Source: Candidatus Stammera capleta (lineage in GTDB: Bacteria; Pseudomonadota; Gammaproteobacteria; Enterobacterales; Enterobacteriaceae). From it: DNA of 64,000 nt. Below the pieces are notes generated by a model. The model saw only the letters and a program-made list of their open reading frames with translations. It searched no databases and had not been told where the DNA came from. How positions within the stretch are numbered: the first letter of the stretch is position 1; every line of letters starts with the position of its first letter. The DNA lies in the NCBI GenBank assembly GCA_036689475.1, contig CP144834.1, positions 67,739 to 131,738 on the forward strand, in the 5' to 3' direction. Position numbers and translations under genes: made by a program. Below are positions 52,943 through 63,739 of this stretch, one piece after another.

Positions 52943-53998
52943 ATGGATATACATCGTTTAATGATTATCACTGGTGGAACTGGTGGGCATATTTTCCCTG
53001 GTTTAGTAATTTCTAAATATTTTAAAAAAAAAGGTTGTTTAATAAAATGGATAGGTAGTTCTAATAGATTAGAATATATTTTAGTTCCTAAATATGGTTT
53101 TGATATCAATTTTATTGATATACCAAAAATATCTAAATGAAATTTTATTTTTAATATATTTAAATTTATTAAAAGTATTTATTGTATTATTAAAATAATT
53201 AAAAAATGAAATCCTGATTTAGTTATAGGTTTTGGTGGTTATATATCTTTTTTTGGTATTTTTTCTGCATGATTGTGTGGAATTAAAACTATGATACATG
53301 AACAGAATGCCGTTTTAGGTTGATCTAATAGATATTTATATTATATATCAGATATTGTAGTGCAAGCTTTTCCTAATTCTTTTAATTCTAATATACCTGT
53401 TGTTGGTAATCCTATAAGAAAAGAAATATTATTAATACCTCAACCTAAAATTAGATTGTTAAAACGTAAAGGTTATATTAATGTATTAGTTTTAGGTGGT
53501 AGTCAAGGTTCATGTATTATAAATAATGTTATGTTTGATTTATTAAAAATTTTATCTGGTAAAAAATTTTTTTTTTTACATCAAGTAGGTTATACAAATT
53601 ATAAAAATTTTATTAATGATAAAAGATATACTAAATATAGTAATTATCGTGTTGTTGATTTTATAAATAAAATAGAAAAAGCTTATTATTGATGTGATTT
53701 AATAATTTCTAGATCTGGTGCATTAACAGTTAGTGAAATTAGTTCAGTAGGTATTGCATCAATATTTATACCTTATGTCCATAAAGATAAACAACAGTAT
53801 TTAAATGCTGAATTTTTAGAAAGAAAAGGTGCTGCAATAATTATTGATGAATATAATTTAAATGCAAATTATTTAAGTAAAGTAATTTTAAGTTTAGATA
53901 GAAGTAAATTATTTTTTATGTCTAATATAGCTTATATTAATAGAGTTAAATCTCCTAATGAAAAATTTGTTAATGAAATTTATAATTTTAAATTTTAA
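52943..53998 (+). CDS. murG: Lipid II synthase (UDP-GlcNAc:lipid I transferase)
   Basis: MIITGGTGGHIFPG, GGSQGS, SRSGALTVSEI. Single frame to TAA 53996-53998. Confidence 0.9.
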
Positions 53999-54003
53999 TA
54001 TAT

Positions 54004-55458
54004 ATGAATAATAATTTTGATTTTAGTAATGTATTTTTAAATGTTAATAAAGATAATTTTATAATTCATTTTATAGGTATAGGTGGATGTGGAATGTCTG
54101 GTATTGCGGAATTTTTATTTTTATCTGGTTATAAAATTACTGGTTCAGATATTAAATTAAATGATAAAGTTAAATATTTATCTTCTTTAGGTATTAAAAT
54201 TTATAATTATCATTCTAAAAAAAATATTTTAAATGTTAATTTAGTAATTTATTCTTCTGCAATAGATATTAATAATACTGAAATTTTGAGTGCATATTTT
54301 TATAATATACCTGTAGTTGAAAGAATTATAATGTTAAATGAATTAGTAAAATTTTTTTTCCCTATTACTGTTATTGGTAGTCATGGTAAAAGTACTACTA
54401 CTTCTTTAATTTTTGATACTTTGTTTTCTCATGATATTAAAATTAATTGTATAAATGGTAGTGTAATAAAATCTATAAATTCTAGTATTTATTTAAGTGA
54501 TAGTAGATATTTTTTACTTGAAATTGATGAAAGTGATGGTTTTTTTTTACGTTTTTCACCTTTTATGGTTATATTAACTAATATTGATGTAGATCATATT
54601 AATAATTATGATAATAATTTTGATAATTTAATTAATTCTTTTATTACTTATTTAAATTATGTTCCTTTTAATGGTTGTATTATTGCTTGTATAGATAATT
54701 TTATAGTTAGACAAATATTAGAGAATAATTTATTTCAATGTAAAATTATTACTTATGGATTTAGTAATGATGCTAATTATAGAATTGTTGATTTTGTTCC
54801 TAAAAAATATAAAAGTTATTTTAATTTATTATTTAATAATAAATATAAATTAAGTTTAGTTTTAAATATGTTAGGTAAACATAATGTTTTAAATTCTGTA
54901 GCTGCAATTAGTTTATTAGATAATTTTAAAAAGATAAATTATTCTGTTTTAAAGAAAAGTTTTTTAAATTTTAAAGGTGTTGTACGTAGATCAGAATATA
55001 TTGGAAAATTTATTATTAATAGTAAGAATAATTGTTTTCGTAATATATTAATTTTTAATGATTATGGTCATCATCCTACTGAAATAGAATTAAATTTAAA
55101 TTCTATTAGAAAAAGTTACATTAATAGGAGAATATTAATGATTTTTCAACCTCATAGATATAGTAGAACATTTAATTTATTAAATGAATTTATTTTTATT
55201 TTATCTAAAGTAGATATTTTATTATTATTAGATATTTATTCAGCTAGTGAAAAGAAAATATTTAATTTTAATAGTTTTAATATTATTTCTGGTATATATG
55301 ATTTTTTTGGTTTAGTTAATTTTTTATATATTAAAAATAAAAAAAATATTTTTTATTATTTAATTAATATTTTAAAAGATAATGATATTATTATATTTCA
55401 AGGAGCTGGAGATACAGATATTATATTATCTAATTTTTATTTAAAGTATTTAAAGTAA
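54004..55458 (+). CDS. murC: UDP-MurNAc:L-Ala ligase
   Basis: 484 aa uninterrupted. HFIGIGGCGMSGIAE, GSHGKSTTTS, DYGHHPTE. Confidence 0.95.
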   Translation: MNNNFDFSNVFLNVNKDNFIIHFIGIGGCGMSGIAEFLFLSGYKITGSDIKLNDKVKYLSSLGIKIYNYHSKKNILNVNLVIYSSAIDINNTEILSAYFYNIPVVERIIMLNELVKFFFPITVIGSHGKSTTTSLIFDTLFSHDIKINCINGSVIKSINSSIYLSDSRYFLLEIDESDGFFLRFSPFMVILTNIDVDHINNYDNNFDNLINSFITYLNYVPFNGCIIACIDNFIVRQILENNLFQCKIITYGFSNDANYRIVDFVPKKYKSYFNLLFNNKYKLSLVLNMLGKHNVLNSVAAISLLDNFKKINYSVLKKSFLNFKGVVRRSEYIGKFIINSKNNCFRNILIFNDYGHHPTEIELNLNSIRKSYINRRILMIFQPHRYSRTFNLLNEFIFILSKVDILLLLDIYSASEKKIFNFNSFNIISGIYDFFGLVNFLYIKNKKNIFYYLINILKDNDIIIFQGAGDTDIILSNFYLKYLK

Positions 55459-55465
55459 AATTTTT

Positions 55466-56398
55466 ATGAAAATAAATAATGTTGCTGTTTTTTTAGGTGG
55501 TTGTTCAAGTGAAAGAAAAATTTCTTTAAAATCTGGATATAATATTGTTAAATCTTTGTTAGAAATGAATTTTTCAGTTTATCCTATAGATATGAAATAT
55601 TTTTTACTAAAATATTTTTTAAAGAAATCTTTTGATAAAGTATTTATTTCTTTACATGGAAAAGGTGGTGAAGATGGTTCAATACAAGGATTATTAAGTT
55701 ATTTAAATATACCTTATACAGGTAGTGGTATATTAACTTCTTCTATAACAATAAATAAATTTTTTACTAAATTATTAGTTAGAAATTTAAATATTAATAT
55801 TATATCTGATATTTTAATTGATAAATTAATATATAAAAAATATTGTTCATTTAAAAGATTTGATACTTTTTTTTGTGAAAATATATTTAATAATCTTGGT
55901 GTTCCTGTTATAGTTAAACCTAATAATCATGGTTCAAGTATTGGTGTAAAAATTATAAGTAATGTTGAAAATTTGTGTTTATATTTATATGATTGTTATA
56001 AAAAATTTGGTGATGTATTAGTAGAAAAATATATATATGGTAAGGAATATACTGTAGGTATAGTAAATAAAAAAATTTTACCTATAATAAAAATTAAACC
56101 TAAAAATATTTTTTATGATTATAATTCTAAATATTTATTTAAAAGTAATTATATTTATCCTAATGGTTTAGATTCTGATGTGGAGAATATTCTAAATAGA
56201 CAATCATTGGATATATGAAATTTTTTAAAATGTAATGGTTGTATTAGAATAGATTTTTTAATAGATGATAATAATAAAATTTGATTTTTAGAAATAAATA
56301 CTATTCCTGGAATGACTAATAAAAGTTTAATACCTTATGCAGCTAATATTATTGGTATAAGTTTTAATGATTTAGTAAAAGATATTTTATATTCTTAA
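55466..56398 (+). CDS. ddl: D-alanine-D-alanine ligase
   Basis: VAVFLGGCSSERKISLKSG, VIVKPNNHGSSIGV. Hand-extended through two TGAs (RIDFLIDD…WFLEINTIPGMT) to TAA 56396-56398. Confidence 0.9.
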
Positions 56399-56404
56399 AT
56401 AATT

Positions 56405-57673
56405 ATGTTTAGATATATTAATAAAAAAATATTAGTTAGTTTAGAAATAGGTACATATAATTTAAGATCTATAGTTAGTGAAATTTTACCAAATAGTAAA
56501 TTATCTATTTTAGGTATTGGTATTACAAAAACTAAAGGTATAAAAAATGGAATAATTTATAATATTGAATTACTTAAAAAATGTATTAGAAATGTAATAA
56601 ATAAAGTTGAATATGTATCTAAATTTAGAGTTACTTCATTATTTTTATTAATTTCTGGTAGTTATCTTAGTTGTATTTATGAAAATGGTATGATTTTATT
56701 AAAAGGCAAAGAAGTTACTAATAATGATATTTTTAATGTAATTAAAGTAGCTAAGTCTATAGTATTATCAAATAATTATTTTATTTTGCATACATTACCT
56801 ATAGAATATGTTTTAGATTCAAATAAAGGCATTAAAAATCCTTTAGGATTATCAGGTATAAGAATGCAAGTAAAAGTATTATTAATTATTTGTAATTCTA
56901 ATATTATAAATAATATTAGAAAAATTTTTTTAAGTTTAAATATTAATATTGAAGAAATTATTTTTTCTGGTTTAGTATCTAATTATAGTTTATTTACTGA
57001 AAATGAAAAAGAATCTAATGTTTATATAATTGATATAGGTAGTAGTACTACTACAATTAGTTTATATTATTTAAATAATTTATTTTATTTTAAAGTTTTA
57101 CCTTATGCTGGTAATTTAATTACTAATGATATTTCTTATACTTTAAATTTATCTAAATCAGATTCAGAATTAATTAAGATAAATTATGGTTGTTTAGATA
57201 TTTCTTTGTGAAAAAAAAATAAAAATATTAAAATATTTAATTTCATATTTAAAGATAATTTTTCTAAAGATATTTTAGAAAAAACTTTATTTAATATTAT
57301 TAAAGATAGGTATTCAGAATTATTAAATTTAATTAATCAAGAAATATTAAAGTTACATAATAATTTATTTTATAAAGATAAGTTTAATAATTTATGTAAT
57401 ATAATTTTAATAGGAGGATCTTCTGAAATACCAGGTTTATTAAATTATTCTAAAAAATTTTTTAGTTATAATGTACGTATTGGTATACCTAAAAGATATA
57501 TAAAAAATTTTTATTATCTTAAAAATAAAGATATATTTATTTCTTCTTTTTCTAATATAATTGGTTCTTTATTATATATTAAAAATATATATTTAAATAA
57601 AAATTTAGATAATTTTGCATTTAAAAAAAAAAAAAATTTTTTTAAAAAGGTATGAGATTTTTTTTTTAATTAA
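56405..57673 (+). CDS. ftsA: Cell division protein FtsA
   Basis: VSLEIGTYNLRSIV, IIDIGSSTTT, ILIGGSSEIPG. Hand-extended to TAA 57671-57673. C-terminal amphipathic FFKKVWDFFF. Confidence 0.9.
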
Positions 57674-57709
57674 TTTTTAAATTATTAAATATATATATGA
57701 GGTTTTAAA

Positions 57710-58834
57710 ATGGTTTTTGATTTTAAAAGGAATAATTTTATAAATATAAAGGTTGTAGGAGTAGGTGGTGGGGGTGGTAATGCAGTAAATTATATGTTTA
57801 GTAAATCTATTAGTGGTGTAGATTTTTATGTTGTTAATACTGATATACAGGATTTATTAAAAATATCTGTAAAAAAAAAAATTCAAATAGGTAAAAATAT
57901 TACTAAAGGTTTAGGAGCAGGTTCAAATCCTGAAATAGGTAAAAATTCTGCAGAAGAAGATAAAAATATTTTAAAATCTATTTTAGATGGAGCAGATATG
58001 TTATTTATAGCTTCTTGTATGGGTGGTGGTACTGGTACAGGAGCTTCACCAGTTATTGCTCGTATTGCTAAAGAATTAAATATTTTAACTGTTGCAGTTG
58101 TTACAAAACCTTTTTCTTTTGAAGGTAAGAAGCGTATGTGTTTTGCTGATTATGGTATTTATAAATTATCTAAATTAGTTGATTCTTTAATTATTATACC
58201 TAATGATAAATTATTAAAAGTTTTTAATAAAGATATATCTTTATTAAATGCATTTAATTCTATTAATAATATTTTAAAAAATGCTGTTCAAGGTATTTCT
58301 GATTTAATTACTAAACCAAGTTTAATAAATGTTGATTTTGCTGATATTTGTACTGTAATGTCAAAAATGGGTTATTCTATTATGGGTACAGGTTTTTCTT
58401 TTGGTGATAATAGAGCTTTAAAAGCAATTAAATCAGCTATTTCTAGTCCTTTAATTGAAGATATTGATTTATCTACTGTAAAAGGTATATTAGTAAATAT
58501 AAGTTCTGGTTTAGATTTAAAATTAGAAGAATTTGAAATTATTGGAAATTCTATACGTTCTTTTTCTTCAGAGAATACTACTATAGTTATAGGTACTTCT
58601 TTAGATATTAATATGAATGGAAAATTACATATTACTTTAATTGCTACAGGTATTAGTACTAATAAATATATTGATATAAATTTATCTAAAGGTAAAATAG
58701 ATTTTTTTAAAAAAAAAAATAGAGATTTTCAAACTATTATAGTTAATAAAAGAAATTCTTTTTCTTTAGAAAAAGAAAATATTAATTTTAATGATTTTAA
58801 TATACCTACATATATACGTAAAAAAATTAATTAA
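57710..58834 (+). CDS. ftsZ: Cell division GTPase FtsZ
   Basis: 374 aa. VGVGGGGGNAVN, GGGTGTGASPVIA (tubulin signature), NVDFADI. The C-terminal peptide FNIPTYIRKK parallels E. coli DIPAFLRKQ. A GAGG SD lies upstream. Confidence 0.97.
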   Translation: MVFDFKRNNFINIKVVGVGGGGGNAVNYMFSKSISGVDFYVVNTDIQDLLKISVKKKIQIGKNITKGLGAGSNPEIGKNSAEEDKNILKSILDGADMLFIASCMGGGTGTGASPVIARIAKELNILTVAVVTKPFSFEGKKRMCFADYGIYKLSKLVDSLIIIPNDKLLKVFNKDISLLNAFNSINNILKNAVQGISDLITKPSLINVDFADICTVMSKMGYSIMGTGFSFGDNRALKAIKSAISSPLIEDIDLSTVKGILVNISSGLDLKLEEFEIIGNSIRSFSSENTTIVIGTSLDINMNGKLHITLIATGISTNKYIDINLSKGKIDFFKKKNRDFQTIIVNKRNSFSLEKENINFNDFNIPTYIRKKIN

Positions 58835-59134
58835 ACTTTATATTAGGATTTATTTTAATATATATATTTTTTATTTTTTTATTTTTTATTTTATTAATAA
58901 TTTTTTTTTTATTTTTTTCTATATATATTTTTCAATTTATATTAGATACTTCTATAATAATGTAGTTATTAATAAAATTAATAATTTTAAATTGTTTTTT
59001 AATTTTTTTGGGTAAAAAAATATTAATTTTTTTTTTTATTTTATTTATTAATTTATTTTTTTTAAAAAGTTTTTTTAATATAGTATTTTTTTTTATAATT
59101 TCTATTATAGGTAAAATTTTTTTTTTATTTTCAT
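58827..59134 (-). CDS. Hypothetical Lys/Ile/Asn-rich protein, antisense-oriented in the ftsZ-secA spacer; start uncertain (ATG is one nt out of frame across an A10 run)
   Basis: Hand-translated. The frame from 59111 to TAA 58827-58829 stays open for 95 codons with only one TGA (…IIIEVSNINWKIYIEK…). ATG 59132-59134 followed by A10 (59117-59126) joins it if one A is added. No motif I recognise. Confidence 0.3.
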
Positions 59135-59220
59135 TAGTGTTTTTTAGTATAAAATATATTATAATTATTTAATTATTATATATTATTTAAATTGTTATTA
59201 TAAATTATTTTTAATTTAAT

Positions 59221-61665
59221 ATGTTTATTAAATTATTTTCTTATTTATTTGGTGATAAAAATCAAAAAAAAATTTTTGATTTTCAGAAAATTGTTTCAAA
59301 AATTAATTGTTTAGAAACTGAGTTTTCAAAATATTCTAATATTGAGTTAAAGTTTAATACCTTAAAATTTAAAGATTTATTAGTTTCTAATAAAAATTTA
59401 GATTTAATTATTTGTATGGTATTTGCTAATATTCGTGAAGCTATTAAAAGAGTATTTGGTATAAGATTATTTGATGTTCAATTATTAGGGGCTCTTATTT
59501 TAAATAATGGTTCTATATCAGAAATGAAAACTGGTGAAGGAAAAACTCTTACAGCTACTTTACCAGCATATTTAAATTCTTTATTAGGTAGAGGTGTACA
59601 TATAGTTACTGTTAATGAGTATTTAGCTAAAAGAGATGCTGAATATAGTACTAAATTATTTAATTTTTTAGGTTTAAAAGTTGGTTTAAATTTATCTAAT
59701 ATGTCTATATCAGAAAAAAAGAAAGCTTATTTAGCTGATATTACTTATGGAACAAATAATGAGTATGGTTTTGATTATTTACGTGATAATATGGTTTTTA
59801 CTAAAGAAGATAAAGTTCAAAGAAAAAATTTATATTATGCTATTTTAGATGAAATAGATTCTATTTTAATTGATGAAGCTAGAACGCCTTTAATTATTTC
59901 TGGTTCTACAGAAGAAAATTGTGGTTTGTATTTTAAAATTAATAAAATTATTCCTTTTTTATTTCAACAAAATAAAGATGATCTTAAAAAAGATACTGGT
60001 GATTTTATAATAGATGAAAAATTTAAACATGTTTTTCTTACTGAAAAAGGTATTATTAAAGTTGAGAAGTTATTATTTAATAATAATATTTTAAATAAAA
60101 ATGATAAACTTTATACTCCTAGTAATATTAAAATAATGCATTGTATAATAAATTCTTTAAAAGCTTATCATTTATATAATAAGAATATAGATTATTTAGT
60201 AGAAAATAATAATATTATCATTATAGATGAACATACTGGTAGAATAATGAAGGATAGACGTTGATCAGATGGTTTACATCAAGCTATAGAAGCTAAAGAA
60301 AATGTTGATATTCAAAATGAAACTAATATTTTATCTTCTATTACTTTTCAAAATTATTTTCGTCTTTATGAAAAATTATCTGGTATGACAGGTACAGCTA
60401 TAACTGAATCAGATGAATTTAATTATATGTATAATTTAGAAACTATTGTTGTTCCTACTAATAAACCAATGATTCGTAAAGATTATTCTGATTTAGTTTT
60501 TATTACTGAAAAAGAAAAAATTAATTCTATTATCAAAGATATAATATTTAGAAAAAATAGAAATCAACCTGTTTTAGTTGGTACTATTTCTATAGAAAAA
60601 TCTGAAGTTATTTCTTCGATTTTATATAAAAAAGGAATTCAATTTAATATTTTAAATGCTAAATTTCATAGTTTAGAAGCTAATATTATTTCACAGGCAG
60701 GTAAACCGGGATCTGTAACTATAGCTACTAATATGGCCGGTAGAGGTACAGATATTATATTAGGTGGTAATTTATTTAAGGATATTTTAGATTTAAAAGA
60801 TAAAAATGAAGTAAATATTTTAAAAAAAGAATGAAAAAAAAGACATGATTTAGTTGTTAGTTTAGGTGGTTTACATGTTATTGGTAGTGAAAGACATGAG
60901 TCTCGTAGAATTGATAATCAGTTAAGAGGTCGTTCTGGTAGACAAGGTGATCCTGGATCGTCTAGATTTTACGTTTCTATGGAAGATAATTTAATGCGTA
61001 TATTTTCTTCAGAAAAAGTTATATTTTTTATGCGTAAGTTAGGTGTAAAATATGGAGATTCAATTGAACATTATTGAATTAATAAATCTATAGAAAGAGC
61101 TCAAAAAAGAATAGAAAATAGAAATTTTGATATTAGAAAACAATTATTAGAATATGATAATATATATAATGATCAGAGAAAAATTATTTTTTATAAGAGA
61201 GATAGTTATTTGTATTCTGTTGATATTAGTTTAATATTTATAGATATTATTAAAAAAGTTGTTTTAAATTTATTAGATAATTATTTTCAAAATAGAGATT
61301 TATTTTTTAAATATTGTAGTGATTTAAATATATTTATAGAAATATCTGATGTTAAAATCGATTTTTTATCTTTAAAAAAAATAATTTTTAAAAAAATTTT
61401 ATTCTTATATAAGAAAAGGGAGATTTATTTTGGTTTAAATAGTTTAAATAATAAAATTAAAAAAATTTTATTAGTTACATTAGATTTATTTTGAAGAGAA
61501 TATATCTATGCTATAGATAATCTAAAAGAAGGTATATTTTTACGTAGTTATGCACAAAAAAATCCTAAACAAGAATATAAAATAGAGTCATTTAAGATGT
61601 TTACTATTATGCTTAATGATTTTTATAGAGAAGTTGTTAAAATTATAATTAACTTATCTTTTTAA
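59221..61665 (+). CDS. secA: Preprotein translocase ATPase SecA (lacks the C-terminal tail)
   Basis: [96 protein letters not shown]. Single frame to TAA 61663-61665. 814 aa. Confidence 0.95.
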
Positions 61666-61667
61666 AT

Positions 61668-62330
61668 TTATATTATTAAATGTAGTATTTTATTTATTTT
61701 TTTTGATGTTTTATAAATATTTTTATAAAAATCTTTTCTAGATTTTTTATTTGATTTATCGGATATTATTTTAATACATATTAAAGGTATATTAAAAATA
61801 AAACATGTTTGAGCTATTGCTGCAGATTCCATATCTACTGATATAGCTTTTGGAAAATTATTTTTTATTTTTTTTTTTTTATTAATGAATTTATCTCCTG
61901 AAACTAATTCACCTACATGAAAATTATATTTATTTATTTTTTTTTTTATTTTTTTTATTATTTGTTTAGATATTTTAAAATATTGTGGTGTTTTAGGTAT
62001 TTGACCTATTTTATATCCAAATTCTGTTATATTTACATCGTGATATCTAATTTTATTAGCAATAATTATATCTTGGTAATTTATTTTATTTTTTAATGAT
62101 CCACTAGTACCAATATTTATTATATAATTAATTTTAAATTTTTGTATTAGTATTGTTGTTGCTATAGATGAAAATACCTTTCCTATACCTGAATTAATTA
62201 ATGCTATTTTTTTTTTTTTAAAATATCCTAAAATTATTTTTATGTTTTTTATATTTTTATATTTTTTTTTTTTTATTTTTTGAATAAATTTTTTACTTTC
62301 TTTATTTATTGCTATAATAATTCCTATCAT
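61668..62330 (-). CDS. mtnN: 5'-methylthioadenosine/S-adenosylhomocysteine nucleosidase
   Basis: 220 aa. INSGIGKV, INIGTSGSL, VSGDKF, VDMESAAIAQTC, IKIISD parallel E. coli Pfs. Confidence 0.88.
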   Translation of the reverse strand: MIGIIIAINKESKKFIQKIKKKKYKNIKNIKIILGYFKKKKIALINSGIGKVFSSIATTILIQKFKINYIINIGTSGSLKNKINYQDIIIANKIRYHDVNITEFGYKIGQIPKTPQYFKISKQIIKKIKKKINKYNFHVGELVSGDKFINKKKKIKNNFPKAISVDMESAAIAQTCFIFNIPLICIKIISDKSNKKSRKDFYKNIYKTSKKINKILHLII

Positions 62331-62590
62331 ATGTTTTTTATTATTGTATTTATTAATATTTATTTATTATTTAATTACTATTAAATAAAAATTATTTTTT
62401 ATATATACTATAATATAGTATATTATTTTTATTTATATTTTAAGTTATTGAATATTATTTTTATATGTAATAAATATTTAATATTTAGTTATTAATATTA
62501 AATTTTAATATTATTATACAATAATGAATATTTTTATTAAAATTTAATTTTTTATTTTTAAAATAATTAAATATTTTATTAATTTTATTT

Positions 62591-63697
62591 ATGAAGGAAT
62601 ATAATGTTTTATCATTAAAATGAAGACCTAAATCATTTAGTGATTTTGTAGGTCATTGTAGTATAATTAAAATATTAGTAAATAGTTTAAAATTTAAAAA
62701 AATATATAATTCTTATTTATTTTATGGTTCTAGAGGAGTAGGTAAAACTAGTTTGGCACGTTTATTTGCTAAAAGTTTAAATTGTATTTTAGGTATTACT
62801 AATAAGCCTTGTAATAATTGTACCAATTGTATTTTAATAAATTCTGGTAAATCTGTAGATGTAATAGAAGTAGATGCTGCTTCACGAACTAAAATTGAAG
62901 AAACTCGTGATCTTTTAGATAAGATATTTTATTTACCTATATCTATGAGATATAAAGTATATATTATTGATGAAGTTCATATGTTATCTCGTTATAGTTT
63001 TAATGCTTTATTAAAAACTTTAGAAGAACCTCCTAAATATGTTAAATTTATTTTAGCTACCACTGAATTAAATAAAATTCCTGATACTATTTTATCTAGA
63101 TGTATGTGTTTTTTTTTAAAACCTTTAGAAAATAAAGATATAATTAAACGTTTAAAATTTATTTTAAATAAAGAAAATATTATTTATCAATCTGATACAT
63201 TAAATTTAATATCTACTTATAGTAAAGGTAGTATGCGTGATTGTTTAGTATTGATAGATCAATTATTAATGTTAAATGGTGATAATAATATTTTATTAAG
63301 AGATGTTAATATTATTTTAGATAGAATAGATGATAAAATTGTTTTATTATTATTAAAATATTTATTTTTAGAAAATAAAATAAAATTATTAAAAATTTTA
63401 AATTTTTTTTTTATTAAAGGTTATAATTATATTAATTTATTTAATAGTATAATAAATATATTGTATAACTTATTTTTGTTAGGTTTTTTAAATAAAGATA
63501 TTAGTAAAATTTTAGATATAAATAAATCTTTGTTTAAAAATTTGTTAAAAATTTATAGTTTAACATCTGTAAAAGATATAATTTATTATTTAAATTTTTT
63601 TTTAAAAAATAGGAATAATATTTTAATTTCTTTTAATAAAAAAATATTTTTTGAATTTTTTATTTTGCATATTTTTTATATGAAAATATATAAATAA
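62591..63697 (+). CDS. dnaX: DNA polymerase III clamp-loader subunit DnaX, gamma-length only
   Basis: ATG 62591 is in frame with ORF 62753..63697 through TGA (LSLKWRPKSF). GSRGVGKTSLARLFAKSLNC, CNNCTNC zinc module, DVIEVDAASRTKIE, IIDEVHMLS, LKTLEEPP, SRC. 368 aa. Confidence 0.9.
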
Positions 63698-63739
63698 AAT
63701 TTATATGTATTTTATTGATTTTTTGTAGAGGGATTATAT

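Noticed and set aside
58791-59015. Plus-strand ORF (74 aa, FYFFIFYF-type) overlapping the end of ftsZ and the spacer.
   Set aside because: It is a poly-T-driven shadow of the better-supported minus-strand frame 58827..59134. It starts inside ftsZ in another frame.
62331-62590. Possible oriC in the mtnN-dnaX spacer.
   Set aside because: I found no TTATCCACA-like DnaA boxes on either strand and no flanking dnaA, mnmG or mioC. AT-richness alone is uninformative in this genome.
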